The translations under genes and the position numbers were made by a program. Shown here in pieces: positions 10,475 through 20,843 of a stretch of DNA of 64,000 nucleotides. Numbering within the stretch: position 1 is the first letter of the stretch; each line of letters begins with the position of its first letter. Origin of the DNA: Chloroflexota bacterium (lineage in GTDB: Bacteria > Chloroflexota > Dehalococcoidia > JACVQG01); assembly GCA_016210545.1 (NCBI GenBank), contig JACQTY010000103.1:194-64193 (forward strand), in the 5' to 3' direction. Under the pieces are notes generated by a model that saw nothing but the letters and a program-made list of their open reading frames with translations, was not told where the DNA came from and did no database searches.

Positions 10475-11617
10475 CTATTTCTTGCCCCACAGGTCTATGA
10501 GCCACCGGTCCACATACTTCTGGGTCTCCTCCGTGATGTCGGTGGGGGTCTCCAATACCTGCCGGGCATTGACTGGTATGGTGACCGCCGCCGGCCGGAA
10601 ATCCTGGACGTCTTTCCTTACCGAACCTGTACTCTTGGCTTTGTGGTAGGTAGTCTGCCCTTCCTGTGTGAGTATCCAGTTCATGAAAAGGCGCGCCGCG
10701 TTGGGATGAGGAGCGCCTTTTACCTGACCAACCACCAGGTTGGTGGTAACCACGCCTTCGGTCATTGGCAGGGCCTTGATGGGGGCGCCCTGCTTCACAT
10801 AATCGCCAGCCATGGTGTCGGCTAATATCAACGCGACCGGATACTCGCCACGAGACAGCTTTTCCGCCGTTTCCTGATCCCCGCGGGTCAACACGAGGTC
10901 TTGCTTACCCACATCGCGCAGGAAGTCAACGGTGAGTGCTTTGGCATTGATTAAGGGTATGAATGCTATGTACATGCCCGTGCTCACCAGGGGACTGTGC
11001 GCCATCATTTTGCCCTTCCACTTAGAGTTCAACATGTCCTGCCACGACTTGGGCTCTTCCTCGGGCCTGACCATCTTTGTATTGACCATGGGACCGAGGA
11101 GTTGGAGGTTCTCCTGCAATAGATAGCCCTCTTTGTCCAGTACAGGGTCCAAACGGAAATCACCCTTGTTGGCCAGCGCCGGCAGTGCGGGGGCTACCGC
11201 CAGGAGATCTGAATTCCTCATATTCAAAAGATGTACACCAGCTCCCTGGGCAACATCAGCCACAATCTGGCCCACTCGTCGCTCAGTCTTCAATCGCTCG
11301 GTGAATTCGGCCCCCCGTCCAGTGACAAGATCGAGACCCACACCGTAACGGGCCTCAAACGTCCTCTTGATCTGTATCCCCGTATCCCCAATATACCCCC
11401 ACGTATACAACGTGACTTTGCCCTCTTTTTGGGCCGCCGCTATTACCTTCTGCCACTCTGCATCCTCGGGGCTTACCTGCGGCGACGCCGTTGCCGGCGT
11501 CGCCGGAGCACCGGTGGCGACGGGGGTTGCCTTGGTCGGCGCAGGAACCCGGGATGGAGCACAGGCAACCACGATAACCGCAATGATGGGGACCAGAGCA
11601 AACACCAGTTTCTTCAT
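10475..11617 (-). CDS. ABC-transporter substrate-binding lipoprotein (family 1, Fe3+/PhnS-like), orphan
   Basis: Signal peptide with lipobox (VVACA), a Pro/Ala/Thr linker, then an SBP_bac_1-like fold. Paralogous to the SBPs at 57554-58702 and 61228-62364. No permease or ATPase genes are adjacent. Confidence 0.75.
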   Translation of the reverse strand: MKKLVFALVPIIAVIVVACAPSRVPAPTKATPVATGAPATPATASPQVSPEDAEWQKVIAAAQKEGKVTLYTWGYIGDTGIQIKRTFEARYGVGLDLVTGRGAEFTERLKTERRVGQIVADVAQGAGVHLLNMRNSDLLAVAPALPALANKGDFRLDPVLDKEGYLLQENLQLLGPMVNTKMVRPEEEPKSWQDMLNSKWKGKMMAHSPLVSTGMYIAFIPLINAKALTVDFLRDVGKQDLVLTRGDQETAEKLSRGEYPVALILADTMAGDYVKQGAPIKALPMTEGVVTTNLVVGQVKGAPHPNAARLFMNWILTQEGQTTYHKAKSTGSVRKDVQDFRPAAVTIPVNARQVLETPTDITEETQKYVDRWLIDLWGKK

Positions 11618-11926
11618 GCGCCTCCTTGTTTTGTCAGCAGAATGCTCGCCGATTATAGTTCACAGCCGAATATCCTGTCAAGCCAAGCTCGGGGCCAAGC
11701 TCGGGGCTTCCAGCCATCCTGTTTAGATGCACGGAGCCGCCACGGGCAGTTCCGGCCAACGCGCCCGGGCATGAGCCTCTGACCATGCTTGGTGCGCCAA
11801 CCTGCACAGCCCGCGCGGAGGAGCATTGTTGAGTAAACTAACGCTTTGGAAGACATTGACGAAGTATTTACCCTTACTCCCTGGTCACACATTGACGTCA
11901 TTGCCCCTGGCTTACTCCACAGTTGG

Positions 11927-11955
11927 TTGCTGGCAAGGTATGCCTGGTCTATAAT
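11927..11955 (+). promoter_or_regulatory. candidate sigma70 promoter for groES-groEL (TTGCTG-N17-TATAAT)
   Basis: -35 TTGCTG at 11927-11932 and -10 TATAAT at 11950-11955 with a 17-nt spacer. It lies immediately upstream of the CIRCE element. Confidence 0.45.
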
Positions 11956-11957
11956 AA

Positions 11958-11984
11958 TTAGCAGTCTCGGCTTGAGAGTGCTAA
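11958..11984 (+). promoter_or_regulatory. CIRCE operator (HrcA-binding inverted repeat)
   Basis: TTAGCAGTC-N9-GAGTGCTAA, one mismatch from the consensus TTAGCACTC-N9-GAGTGCTAA, about 70 nt upstream of the groES ATG. Confidence 0.75.
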
Positions 11985-12055
11985 AATGTTTATAAAGGGC
12001 ATTCAGCACCGCGCCGGAATCAGTAGACCTAAAGACGTGAAAAGGAGGTGTTCAA

Positions 12056-12349
12056 ATGGCTACTGAATTGAAGCCGCTGGGTGACAGGGTGGTAATAAAG
12101 CCTAGCGCGAAGGAAGAGGTCACCAAGAGCGGACTTGTTCTGCCCGACACTGCAAAGGAGAAGCCCCAGGAGGGGGAAGTCATCGCTGTGGGACCAGGCA
12201 AGGTAGGCGATGATGGCAAGCACATTCCAATGGAGGTCAAGAAGGGCGACCGGGTCATCTACGCCAAGTACGCCGGCACAGAGATAAAGCTCGACGAGGT
12301 CGAGTACATCATCCTGCGCGAAAGCGATATCCTGGCGAAGAAAGCATAA
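12056..12349 (+). CDS. groES: co-chaperonin GroES
   Basis: 97 aa, [16 protein letters not shown]...[10 protein letters not shown], classic cpn10. Confidence 0.95.
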   Translation: MATELKPLGDRVVIKPSAKEEVTKSGLVLPDTAKEKPQEGEVIAVGPGKVGDDGKHIPMEVKKGDRVIYAKYAGTEIKLDEVEYIILRESDILAKKA

Positions 12350-12365
12350 TTAGGGGAGGAGATAA

Positions 12366-13982
<1,617 letters not shown>

Positions 13983-14000
13983 ACCAGGAATTAGCGGATA

Positions 14001-14046
14001 AAGAAGGGGGGCGGCCTCTTCATGCGGTCGCCCCCCTTCTTCTTTC
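14001..14046. terminator. bidirectional rho-independent terminator between groEL and the convergent peptidase gene
   Basis: GAAGGGGGGCG...CGCCCCCCTTC inverted repeat followed by TTCTTTCT; the minus-strand reading also has an AT/T-rich tail. Confidence 0.6.
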
Positions 14047-14051
14047 TCGCT

Positions 14052-15338
14052 CTACAGTTTCAGGAGTCCCTCGAGGCGTCCGGCATTAACCCGCGGCCCA
14101 ACGGCTGCCATGTTGAGCTTAGGCGTCACTATGATCTTACTGGCCACGTCCCGCAAATCTTCAGCAGTCACAGCGTCAATCCTGGCGATTATTTCATCTA
14201 TAGTCAGAATGCGGCCGCTTAACAGTAGCTGGCCGCCCAGAAAACCAGAGACACTCCGGGTATCCTCCATCCGTAGAAGCATCCGCCCCTTGAAGAACTC
14301 CCTGGCCTTGACTATTTCCGACTCCGGTATGGGGTCCTTCAACTTGGCCAACTCATCCAGTATCGCCTGCACGGCCGCCTCCACCTTCTGAGGGTCAACT
14401 CCCGCATAGACCACCAGAGATCCCGCATCCAGAAAGAATTGTGGATAGCTGTGGACCTCGTACGCCAGGCCGCGCTTCTCCCGTATTTCCAAGAAAAGGC
14501 GACTGCTCATCCCCTCTCCCAGGATGACATTCAGCAATCCGAGGGTGAAACGTTGCGGGTGCGAAGCTGATATGCCCTTCAATGCAAGGCAGAAGTTAAC
14601 CTGTTCGGTTTCTTTGTTCTCCACCTTGATACGGGGGGACGTCTGATTGTCCTGAGCCGGGTACAAATGTTGGGGCTCACCCTTGCCCCAGGACGCGAAA
14701 TGGCGGCCCATCCTTTCCACCACCTCATCATGCTCCACATCACCAGCCACAGAGATTACCGTGTTGGTGGGCAGGTATTGCCTCGCCCTGTAGTTCACCA
14801 AATCCTGCCGGGTAAAGCTGCCCACCGTCTCCCGCGTGCCCCCTACATCCCGCCCCAATGCCTGCTGGGGCCACAGTACATCGTCGATAAGCAGGTCCAC
14901 CAACTGGGAAGGAGAATCGCGACTCATGTTGATCTCTTCGATAATAACCTGGCGCTCCTTCTCCACGTCGTCGAGACGGAAGCGCGGGTAAAGAAGCATA
15001 TCTGCCAGGAGGTCGACGGCCAGGGGGAAATGCAAGCGGGCCACTTTAGTCCAATAAATAGTAAGCTCTTTATCGGTGCCGCCGTTCAGGATACCTCCCA
15101 CCCCCTCTATGACCTCGGAAAGCTCCCGCGACGTCGGCCATCGCTCACTCCCCTTGAACAGGATATGTTCCAGGAAGTGGGATACGCCAGCTTCGGCATC
15201 GCTTTCATAGCGCGAGCCGGCCCCCACAAAAAGGGCCACACACACGGAGTAGGTGTTGGGAATACTGCTGGTGACTATTCGAAGCCCGTTGTCAAGACGG
15301 GTGAGTTTATGCACTACATGACCTCCTGTAACATTCAT
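14052..15338 (-). CDS. M16 family zinc peptidase (insulinase/pitrilysin-like)
   Basis: Inverted zinc motif HFLEH with downstream Glu. Start taken at MNVTGGHVVHKLTRLDNGLRI. Both M16 and M16_C halves are present. Confidence 0.8.
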   Translation of the reverse strand: MNVTGGHVVHKLTRLDNGLRIVTSSIPNTYSVCVALFVGAGSRYESDAEAGVSHFLEHILFKGSERWPTSRELSEVIEGVGGILNGGTDKELTIYWTKVARLHFPLAVDLLADMLLYPRFRLDDVEKERQVIIEEINMSRDSPSQLVDLLIDDVLWPQQALGRDVGGTRETVGSFTRQDLVNYRARQYLPTNTVISVAGDVEHDEVVERMGRHFASWGKGEPQHLYPAQDNQTSPRIKVENKETEQVNFCLALKGISASHPQRFTLGLLNVILGEGMSSRLFLEIREKRGLAYEVHSYPQFFLDAGSLVVYAGVDPQKVEAAVQAILDELAKLKDPIPESEIVKAREFFKGRMLLRMEDTRSVSGFLGGQLLLSGRILTIDEIIARIDAVTAEDLRDVASKIIVTPKLNMAAVGPRVNAGRLEGLLKL

Positions 15339-15488
15339 TCTAGTTGATGAACGGAGTTGCGTCAATGAATAACAGATGAAGCGTATTTGGATCTGGCGCG
15401 TAGCGTTGCTGGGCGAGCAACTCCTAAATCGCCACGGTATGCCGGGTCGCCGCCTACCTGGGGTAACCCAGAGCGCCTTGAAATCTTT

Positions 15489-15517
15489 TTGACGATGTGG
15501 CTCAAGGAAGATATAAT
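15489..15517 (+). promoter_or_regulatory. candidate sigma70 promoter for the glycan island (TTGACG-N17-TATAAT)
   Basis: TTGACG at 15489-15494 and TATAAT at 15512-15517 with an exact 17-nt spacer, 36 nt upstream of the first radical SAM gene start (TTG 15553). Confidence 0.45.
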
Positions 15518-15552
15518 TAGGCGTACTAATTTTTCCGTGGAGATGACTCAGC

Positions 15553-17034
15553 TTGAGACAAATTAAGAAGGTACTCCTCATCAACCCCCCCTGGTACCGG
15601 CTTTTCGGTGAGGAGTCACCCAGTTCCCCTTTGGGGCTTTGCTATATCGGCGCCGTACTGGAACAAAACGGGTACGACGTAGCGATCTACAATGGCGATT
15701 TCTCCAAATCTGGCATTGGGTTGCCCTCGGCTACCAAGAAGACCACGATGTACGAGACCTACCTTCATGCCCTGCAGGACCCCGGCCACTCCATCTGGAG
15801 TGAGGTACGTGCCGTGGTCTCCCAGCAGAAGCCTGACGTGGTAGGCATCTCCCTTCGCACCTCGGCCTATGGCTCCGCCATAAACGTGAGCCGCATTGTA
15901 AAGGAACTGGACCCCACCATACCTGTAATATGGGGGGGCGCCCACCCTACCGTTCTGCCTGGCGAGGCAATCAACAACGCCAACGTAGACATCGTAGTAC
16001 GCGGCGAGGGTGAGAACACAGTCCTGGACATTTTAAGAAGCAGGGATAACCTGGAGAGTGTCCCCGGGATTACATACAAGAAAGATGGTCGGATTATTCA
16101 CAACCCGGACCGCGCCCTCATCCCCAACCTCGATGAGTTGCCCTTTCCCGCGCGCCACTTGATACTAGACTGGCAAAGCTGTCCTCCGGAAGCCTTGGGA
16201 AACATCTTCGCAACCCGCGGCTGCCCCTACGATTGCGTCTTCTGCGCCTCTCACAAAGTATGGAGCCGCAAGGTAAGGTACAGGTCAGCAGCCAATATCA
16301 TCGCCGAGCTTCAACACCTGCAGCAGAAGTTCGGTGTCCGCCAGTTCTCTTTTGAGGACGACAGCTTCACCGTGAACAAGAAGCTGGTCAGCGAATTCTG
16401 CAGCGGGCTCCTGAAGGCTGGATTGAAGATCAGGTGGAGATGCGAGACCAGGGTGGACCTCGTTACCAGGGAACTCGTAGAGCAGATGAAAGGGGCGGGA
16501 TGTGAGGAGATATTCCTGGGCCTGGAATCGGGCAGCCCTGAGACCTTGCGCCGATTAAAGAAGGGTATCACCGTTGAGCAGATGAATACGGCGGCGGGCG
16601 TTTTGCGGCAATCTGGTATACGCTTCAGCGCCTTCTTCATGATCGGGTTCCCCTGGGAGACAATGAAAGAGATAAACGAGACCCTGACGCTGATGAAGGA
16701 GTTGGACCCCTTTGCCATAAACCTGAGCATCGCCACTCCTTATCCCGGGACGGAGTTGCATAAGATATGTATCGAGGAGGGCGTGGTCTCGGGGAACATG
16801 GACTGGAGCACCTTTTTCCATCAGAGCCCCGATATGTTCTTCTCCAATAAGTTCTCGCGTCAAGAAGTCAAAGAGATTATCAAGAAAGCTCAGTTGATAG
16901 TTGAGCGGCATAACCGCATCAAGAAGCGGCAACTGGTCCTGTTCGAGCCGCTCTACGTGGCCAAGCGCGTCATCAAAGGCAGGTACTATTACCCCAAACG
17001 TCTGTGGAGTCTACTACGTTACATATCAGGTTGA
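15553..17034 (+). CDS. B12-binding domain radical SAM protein (class B rSAM), paralog 1
   Basis: TTG start. N-terminal cobalamin-binding Rossmann-like region (LLINPPWY...VVGISLRT...WGGAHPT...VVRGEGE). Radical SAM cluster motif GCPYDCVFC, and FLGLESGS and IGFPWET. Closest to paralog 4. Confidence 0.85.
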   Translation: MRQIKKVLLINPPWYRLFGEESPSSPLGLCYIGAVLEQNGYDVAIYNGDFSKSGIGLPSATKKTTMYETYLHALQDPGHSIWSEVRAVVSQQKPDVVGISLRTSAYGSAINVSRIVKELDPTIPVIWGGAHPTVLPGEAINNANVDIVVRGEGENTVLDILRSRDNLESVPGITYKKDGRIIHNPDRALIPNLDELPFPARHLILDWQSCPPEALGNIFATRGCPYDCVFCASHKVWSRKVRYRSAANIIAELQHLQQKFGVRQFSFEDDSFTVNKKLVSEFCSGLLKAGLKIRWRCETRVDLVTRELVEQMKGAGCEEIFLGLESGSPETLRRLKKGITVEQMNTAAGVLRQSGIRFSAFFMIGFPWETMKEINETLTLMKELDPFAINLSIATPYPGTELHKICIEEGVVSGNMDWSTFFHQSPDMFFSNKFSRQEVKEIIKKAQLIVERHNRIKKRQLVLFEPLYVAKRVIKGRYYYPKRLWSLLRYISG

Positions 17035-17086
17035 CGCCATCAGGACCGACCACGATCATGAGAGACATGTCAACGACCAGGAACGG

Positions 17087-19486
17087 ATGAACTTGCTCAA
17101 GACCTTCATACTGTTATCGATCGCGGCTCTGCTATCCTCCTGCGCTGCCTTCCCCTGGCTACCACAGAGGCAGACATTGCCTCTTGGGAGACTGACGGGA
17201 AACGCCAAGGACGCCGGCTCCGCTAAGGACGGCATGAATCTCGGCATGGTCGTGGACCTTACCGGCCCGCTGGCATTGGCAGGTAAAGACGCTATTGCCG
17301 GAGCAGAACTTGCCATAGAGCAGCTAAACGAGGCCGGCGGCATCAAAGAGCAGCGGGTACGCCTTTTGGTGAGGGACGCAGGCGGTGCCAAAGCGGCGGC
17401 TCAAGCCCAGTCCTTGGTTAGCGATTACCAGGTATCTGGCATCATTGCACCCCTGTCCAGTAATGATGCCTACTCCATCGCTCAAGCCGTGGAAAGACGG
17501 GCACTGGTTTTCACCTACGTCGCCAATGCTGCTTACATGACCACCGAATGGGAGACCCCCAAGTCTCTGTTTCAGATCGGCCCGAGCGACTATATGGAGA
17601 GCAAAGCCCAGGCAGTGGACCTCTCGGGCCAGAAATATGGAAGGTACTTTGTGGTTGGCGCGGACACCGTTGAAAGCAGGGCTCGGGTGAGCGCCTTCGA
17701 GGAATGGCTAGCAAAGCTGCAGCCTGGCGTCACCTTCCTGGGAGCGATGTGGCTCTCCCCGGGACAACATGTCTATGGGGCCGCCATAGACAAGGCTCTA
17801 GCAGCTCAGCCAGACCTGGTTTACTCTACGCTTGAAGGCAGCGATCTGGAGGCTTTCACCCGGCAAGCGAAAGCACGGGGTTTTTTCGAAAGGGTGGCGT
17901 TTACAGCCCCCTACGACGTAGGTGTACTTCAATCATTGAAGAGCGACATGGTCTCAGGAGTCCGAGCCTACTCTCGGGCGCCATTCTTTGCGCTGAGCAG
18001 CGCGCCAGCCATGGCCTTTGTCCAAAGATACTGGGCCAACACCGGCAAATATCCTTCCGACGCTGCCGTTTTGGCGTATGAAGCAGCAAGGGTTTGGGCG
18101 CAAGTAGGTGCTAGCAGTGATTCCCTGAGCTGGAGTGACCTCCTGAGGGTGGCGGAGGGAATGAAGTTTGAATTCCTGATGGGCAGCGGGTATTTGCGGA
18201 GCCTGGACCACCAGAGTAGCCTCGGCTCGTTTGTCGGCTACACCCAGTGGAGCGACACATACGGGTTTATGACGTATCGTGGTCTCAAATACTTGTCCGC
18301 TGACGGTCTGTGGCGACCAGAGGGAGAGGTGAAAGAGATAAAAGAGCGGCCGCCAGCTAGCAAGTTGGCTATGGTCTCTGATATTTCCAAAGAGTTAGCT
18401 TCAGTTGTCAAAGACGCCGGCGCCGCAGCCGAGCTTGCCGTAGAGGAGATAAACAGAAATGGCGGTCTGCTGGCGCGGCAGGTGAAGTTAGTCCAGCAGG
18501 ATGCATCGGACGATGCCCAGAGGACCGCGGAGAAGTTGGAGGAGCTTATTATCGGTGGCGGGGTGTCGGCAGTCATCGGGCCAGTGAGCAATAGCACAGC
18601 GGCGCAAGTGATAGGCATTGCCAAGGTACGCGACGTAGCAATGTTTTTTAGCTACGCGAATAGCGAACGTCTCACGATGAAGTTGTACAACGAAAAGGTT
18701 TTCCAGGTAGGACCCAGTACGTATATGACCGGGCGTCTGCAAGCTCTGGCCCTTTCGGAAGAGAAATACACTCGCTATTATCTCCTGGGCCCCCGCATTG
18801 GAGCAGCCCAGGAGGAAGCGAACGCATTCAAGGAGTGGATGCAGAAACTAAGGCCCGACGTGAGATTCGTGGGCGAGGTCTGGCTGCCGATGGCTACTCA
18901 GGACTACGCGCCGGCAATCAACACGATATTGGCAGCCAGGCCCGAGATGGTCTATTCAAACTTACAGGGAGAGGACCTTGTCCGGTTTACACGCCAGGCA
19001 AAAAGCCAGAAGTTTTTTGAACAAGTAGCTTTTGCTGCTTCCTATGACGTGGGCGTACTTCAGGAGCTAAAGGGAGACATGCCCTCAGGGGTAAAAACGT
19101 TCGCCCGCGCCCCTTTCTTCGCCTCGGATGACCCGGGGCTAAAGCAGTTTGTAAACCAGTACCGTGCTCGGACATCTCTCTACCCTTCGGACGCAGCCGT
19201 ACTTACCTACCAATCGGTTATGCTGTGGGCATTTGCCGTAAGCAATGCCAATAGCGTTACCGGATATCATATAAGCCGGTTCCTGGGAGGAAGGCAATAC
19301 GCAAGCCTTTTCGGTCCCCGGATACTCCGATCCGTGGACCACCAGGAAAACGCAGGCATCTTTACGGGCTATACTGAGTGGAGTAACGAATACGGTTTCA
19401 TGGTCTTCAGGGACACGAAGTATCTTCCACCAGAAACTGTGTGGCGTTCGCCCGGAGAGGTTAGCGCCATCAGGCTAGCGCCTTAG
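17087..19486 (+). CDS. lipoprotein with two tandem type-1 periplasmic binding (LivJ/ANF-receptor-like) domains
   Basis: Start at MNLLKTFILLSIAALLSSCAAF (lipobox) after an AGGAA SD. The two halves are homologous, for example FTRQAKARGFFERVAFTAPYDVGVLQSLKSDMVSGV versus FTRQAKSQKFFEQVAFAASYDVGVLQELKGDMPSGV. Confidence 0.7.
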   Translation: MNLLKTFILLSIAALLSSCAAFPWLPQRQTLPLGRLTGNAKDAGSAKDGMNLGMVVDLTGPLALAGKDAIAGAELAIEQLNEAGGIKEQRVRLLVRDAGGAKAAAQAQSLVSDYQVSGIIAPLSSNDAYSIAQAVERRALVFTYVANAAYMTTEWETPKSLFQIGPSDYMESKAQAVDLSGQKYGRYFVVGADTVESRARVSAFEEWLAKLQPGVTFLGAMWLSPGQHVYGAAIDKALAAQPDLVYSTLEGSDLEAFTRQAKARGFFERVAFTAPYDVGVLQSLKSDMVSGVRAYSRAPFFALSSAPAMAFVQRYWANTGKYPSDAAVLAYEAARVWAQVGASSDSLSWSDLLRVAEGMKFEFLMGSGYLRSLDHQSSLGSFVGYTQWSDTYGFMTYRGLKYLSADGLWRPEGEVKEIKERPPASKLAMVSDISKELASVVKDAGAAAELAVEEINRNGGLLARQVKLVQQDASDDAQRTAEKLEELIIGGGVSAVIGPVSNSTAAQVIGIAKVRDVAMFFSYANSERLTMKLYNEKVFQVGPSTYMTGRLQALALSEEKYTRYYLLGPRIGAAQEEANAFKEWMQKLRPDVRFVGEVWLPMATQDYAPAINTILAARPEMVYSNLQGEDLVRFTRQAKSQKFFEQVAFAASYDVGVLQELKGDMPSGVKTFARAPFFASDDPGLKQFVNQYRARTSLYPSDAAVLTYQSVMLWAFAVSNANSVTGYHISRFLGGRQYASLFGPRILRSVDHQENAGIFTGYTEWSNEYGFMVFRDTKYLPPETVWRSPGEVSAIRLAP

Positions 19487-19571
19487 AATTATGAGATTCA
19501 TTCCCTCTTTTACATTCAGCATAGCCGAAATCCTCTCTACATTCGCCTCCTGGCAAAAGCTAAGACGACAC

Positions 19572-20843
19572 ATGGCGTCGCCTTTCTACAAAAATGCCTA
19601 TTATATGCTGGCTAACTCGGGCGTCGCTGCCCTGACCGGGTTTTTCTTCTGGCTGGTATCAGCACGCTTCTATACCGCCAGAGACGTGGGGTTGGCGTCG
19701 GCCACTCTTTCATCTGTGGTTTTTCTTGCCTCCATAGCCGATATGGGGTTGAGCATCAGCCTCATCCGTTTCCTTCCCAGCGCCACCAACCGGCTAAGTC
19801 TGATCAACACCTCTTTCACCGTAGGCGTTCTTGCTTCCTTTCTGGCAGGCGCCATTTTCTTAACAGGCCTAAATCTATGGTCTCCGGCCCTGCTGTTAGT
19901 CAGGGAGAACCCCTTGCTGGCGTCATTGTTCTTACTTTTGTTACCCCTTTCTGCCGTTTCCGTCATGGGAGACCGCGTGTTCATAGCCCTGCGGATAGCT
20001 AAGTATGGCTTTATCCGGCATCTGTTAATAATCCTGGAAATACCCCTTGCCGTGGCGCTGGTATCGTGGCTGCACGTCGCGGGTATTCTAATGGCTGCGG
20101 GAATAGCGGTAGGTCTATCTGTAGCTTTTAGTCTCTTTGTGCTGCTACCCCGCATCCAGCGAGGCTACTTCCCGTGGCCGGGTTTGCAGAGAGAGTACCT
20201 GAAGCAGACATTCGGCTATTCTATGGGCAACCATGTCTCTTTTCTTCTCCTGGGTGCGCCAGGCTGGATATTCCCCTTGCTGGTAGTGAACTTGCTGGGA
20301 CCGGAGCAGAATGCCTACTTTTACATCTCTTGGACAATAGGTGTCACTCTTGCTGCGATACCCTCAGCCATTTCTTACTCTTTCTTTGCCGAGGGTTCTC
20401 ACGATGAGAACGGGCTTCTCCATTTTGCCACCAGTGCCCTCAAACTGTCCCTGTTGCTGGTTGTTCCGGCCATCGCCGTAATTTTCGTTGTGAGCAATAG
20501 ACTGCTGCTCCTCTTCGGAAGGGCTTATTCTGAGGAGGGTCTGCTTTTGCTCCGGGTGCTGGCGCTTTCAACCTTACCCGGCACCTTCAACACAGTATAT
20601 TTGACATACAGGAGAGTGACCAAGGAAGTTGGACTGGTACTGGGAATCAGCGGGGCAATCGCTTTGCTCTCACTGGTTGCTGGTTATCTACTGGTTCCTC
20701 GCCTGGGTGTTCTGGGTGCAGGGTTAGGTTATTTAGGGGCGCAGACAGTAGTAGCGTTGTGGCTGGGAGCTAACCTGTACGTCAGGAATCTCAGTGCCAG
20801 GGGACACAAGACCGAGAAGGTTGAAGAAAATGTCAGGCGATAG
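19572..20843 (+). CDS. polysaccharide/oligosaccharide flippase (MOP superfamily, Wzx-like)
   Basis: About 12 predicted TM helices across 424 aa with Wzx-like hydrophobic topology. Start at MASPFYKNAYYML. Confidence 0.65.
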   Translation: MASPFYKNAYYMLANSGVAALTGFFFWLVSARFYTARDVGLASATLSSVVFLASIADMGLSISLIRFLPSATNRLSLINTSFTVGVLASFLAGAIFLTGLNLWSPALLLVRENPLLASLFLLLLPLSAVSVMGDRVFIALRIAKYGFIRHLLIILEIPLAVALVSWLHVAGILMAAGIAVGLSVAFSLFVLLPRIQRGYFPWPGLQREYLKQTFGYSMGNHVSFLLLGAPGWIFPLLVVNLLGPEQNAYFYISWTIGVTLAAIPSAISYSFFAEGSHDENGLLHFATSALKLSLLLVVPAIAVIFVVSNRLLLLFGRAYSEEGLLLLRVLALSTLPGTFNTVYLTYRRVTKEVGLVLGISGAIALLSLVAGYLLVPRLGVLGAGLGYLGAQTVVALWLGANLYVRNLSARGHKTEKVEENVRR

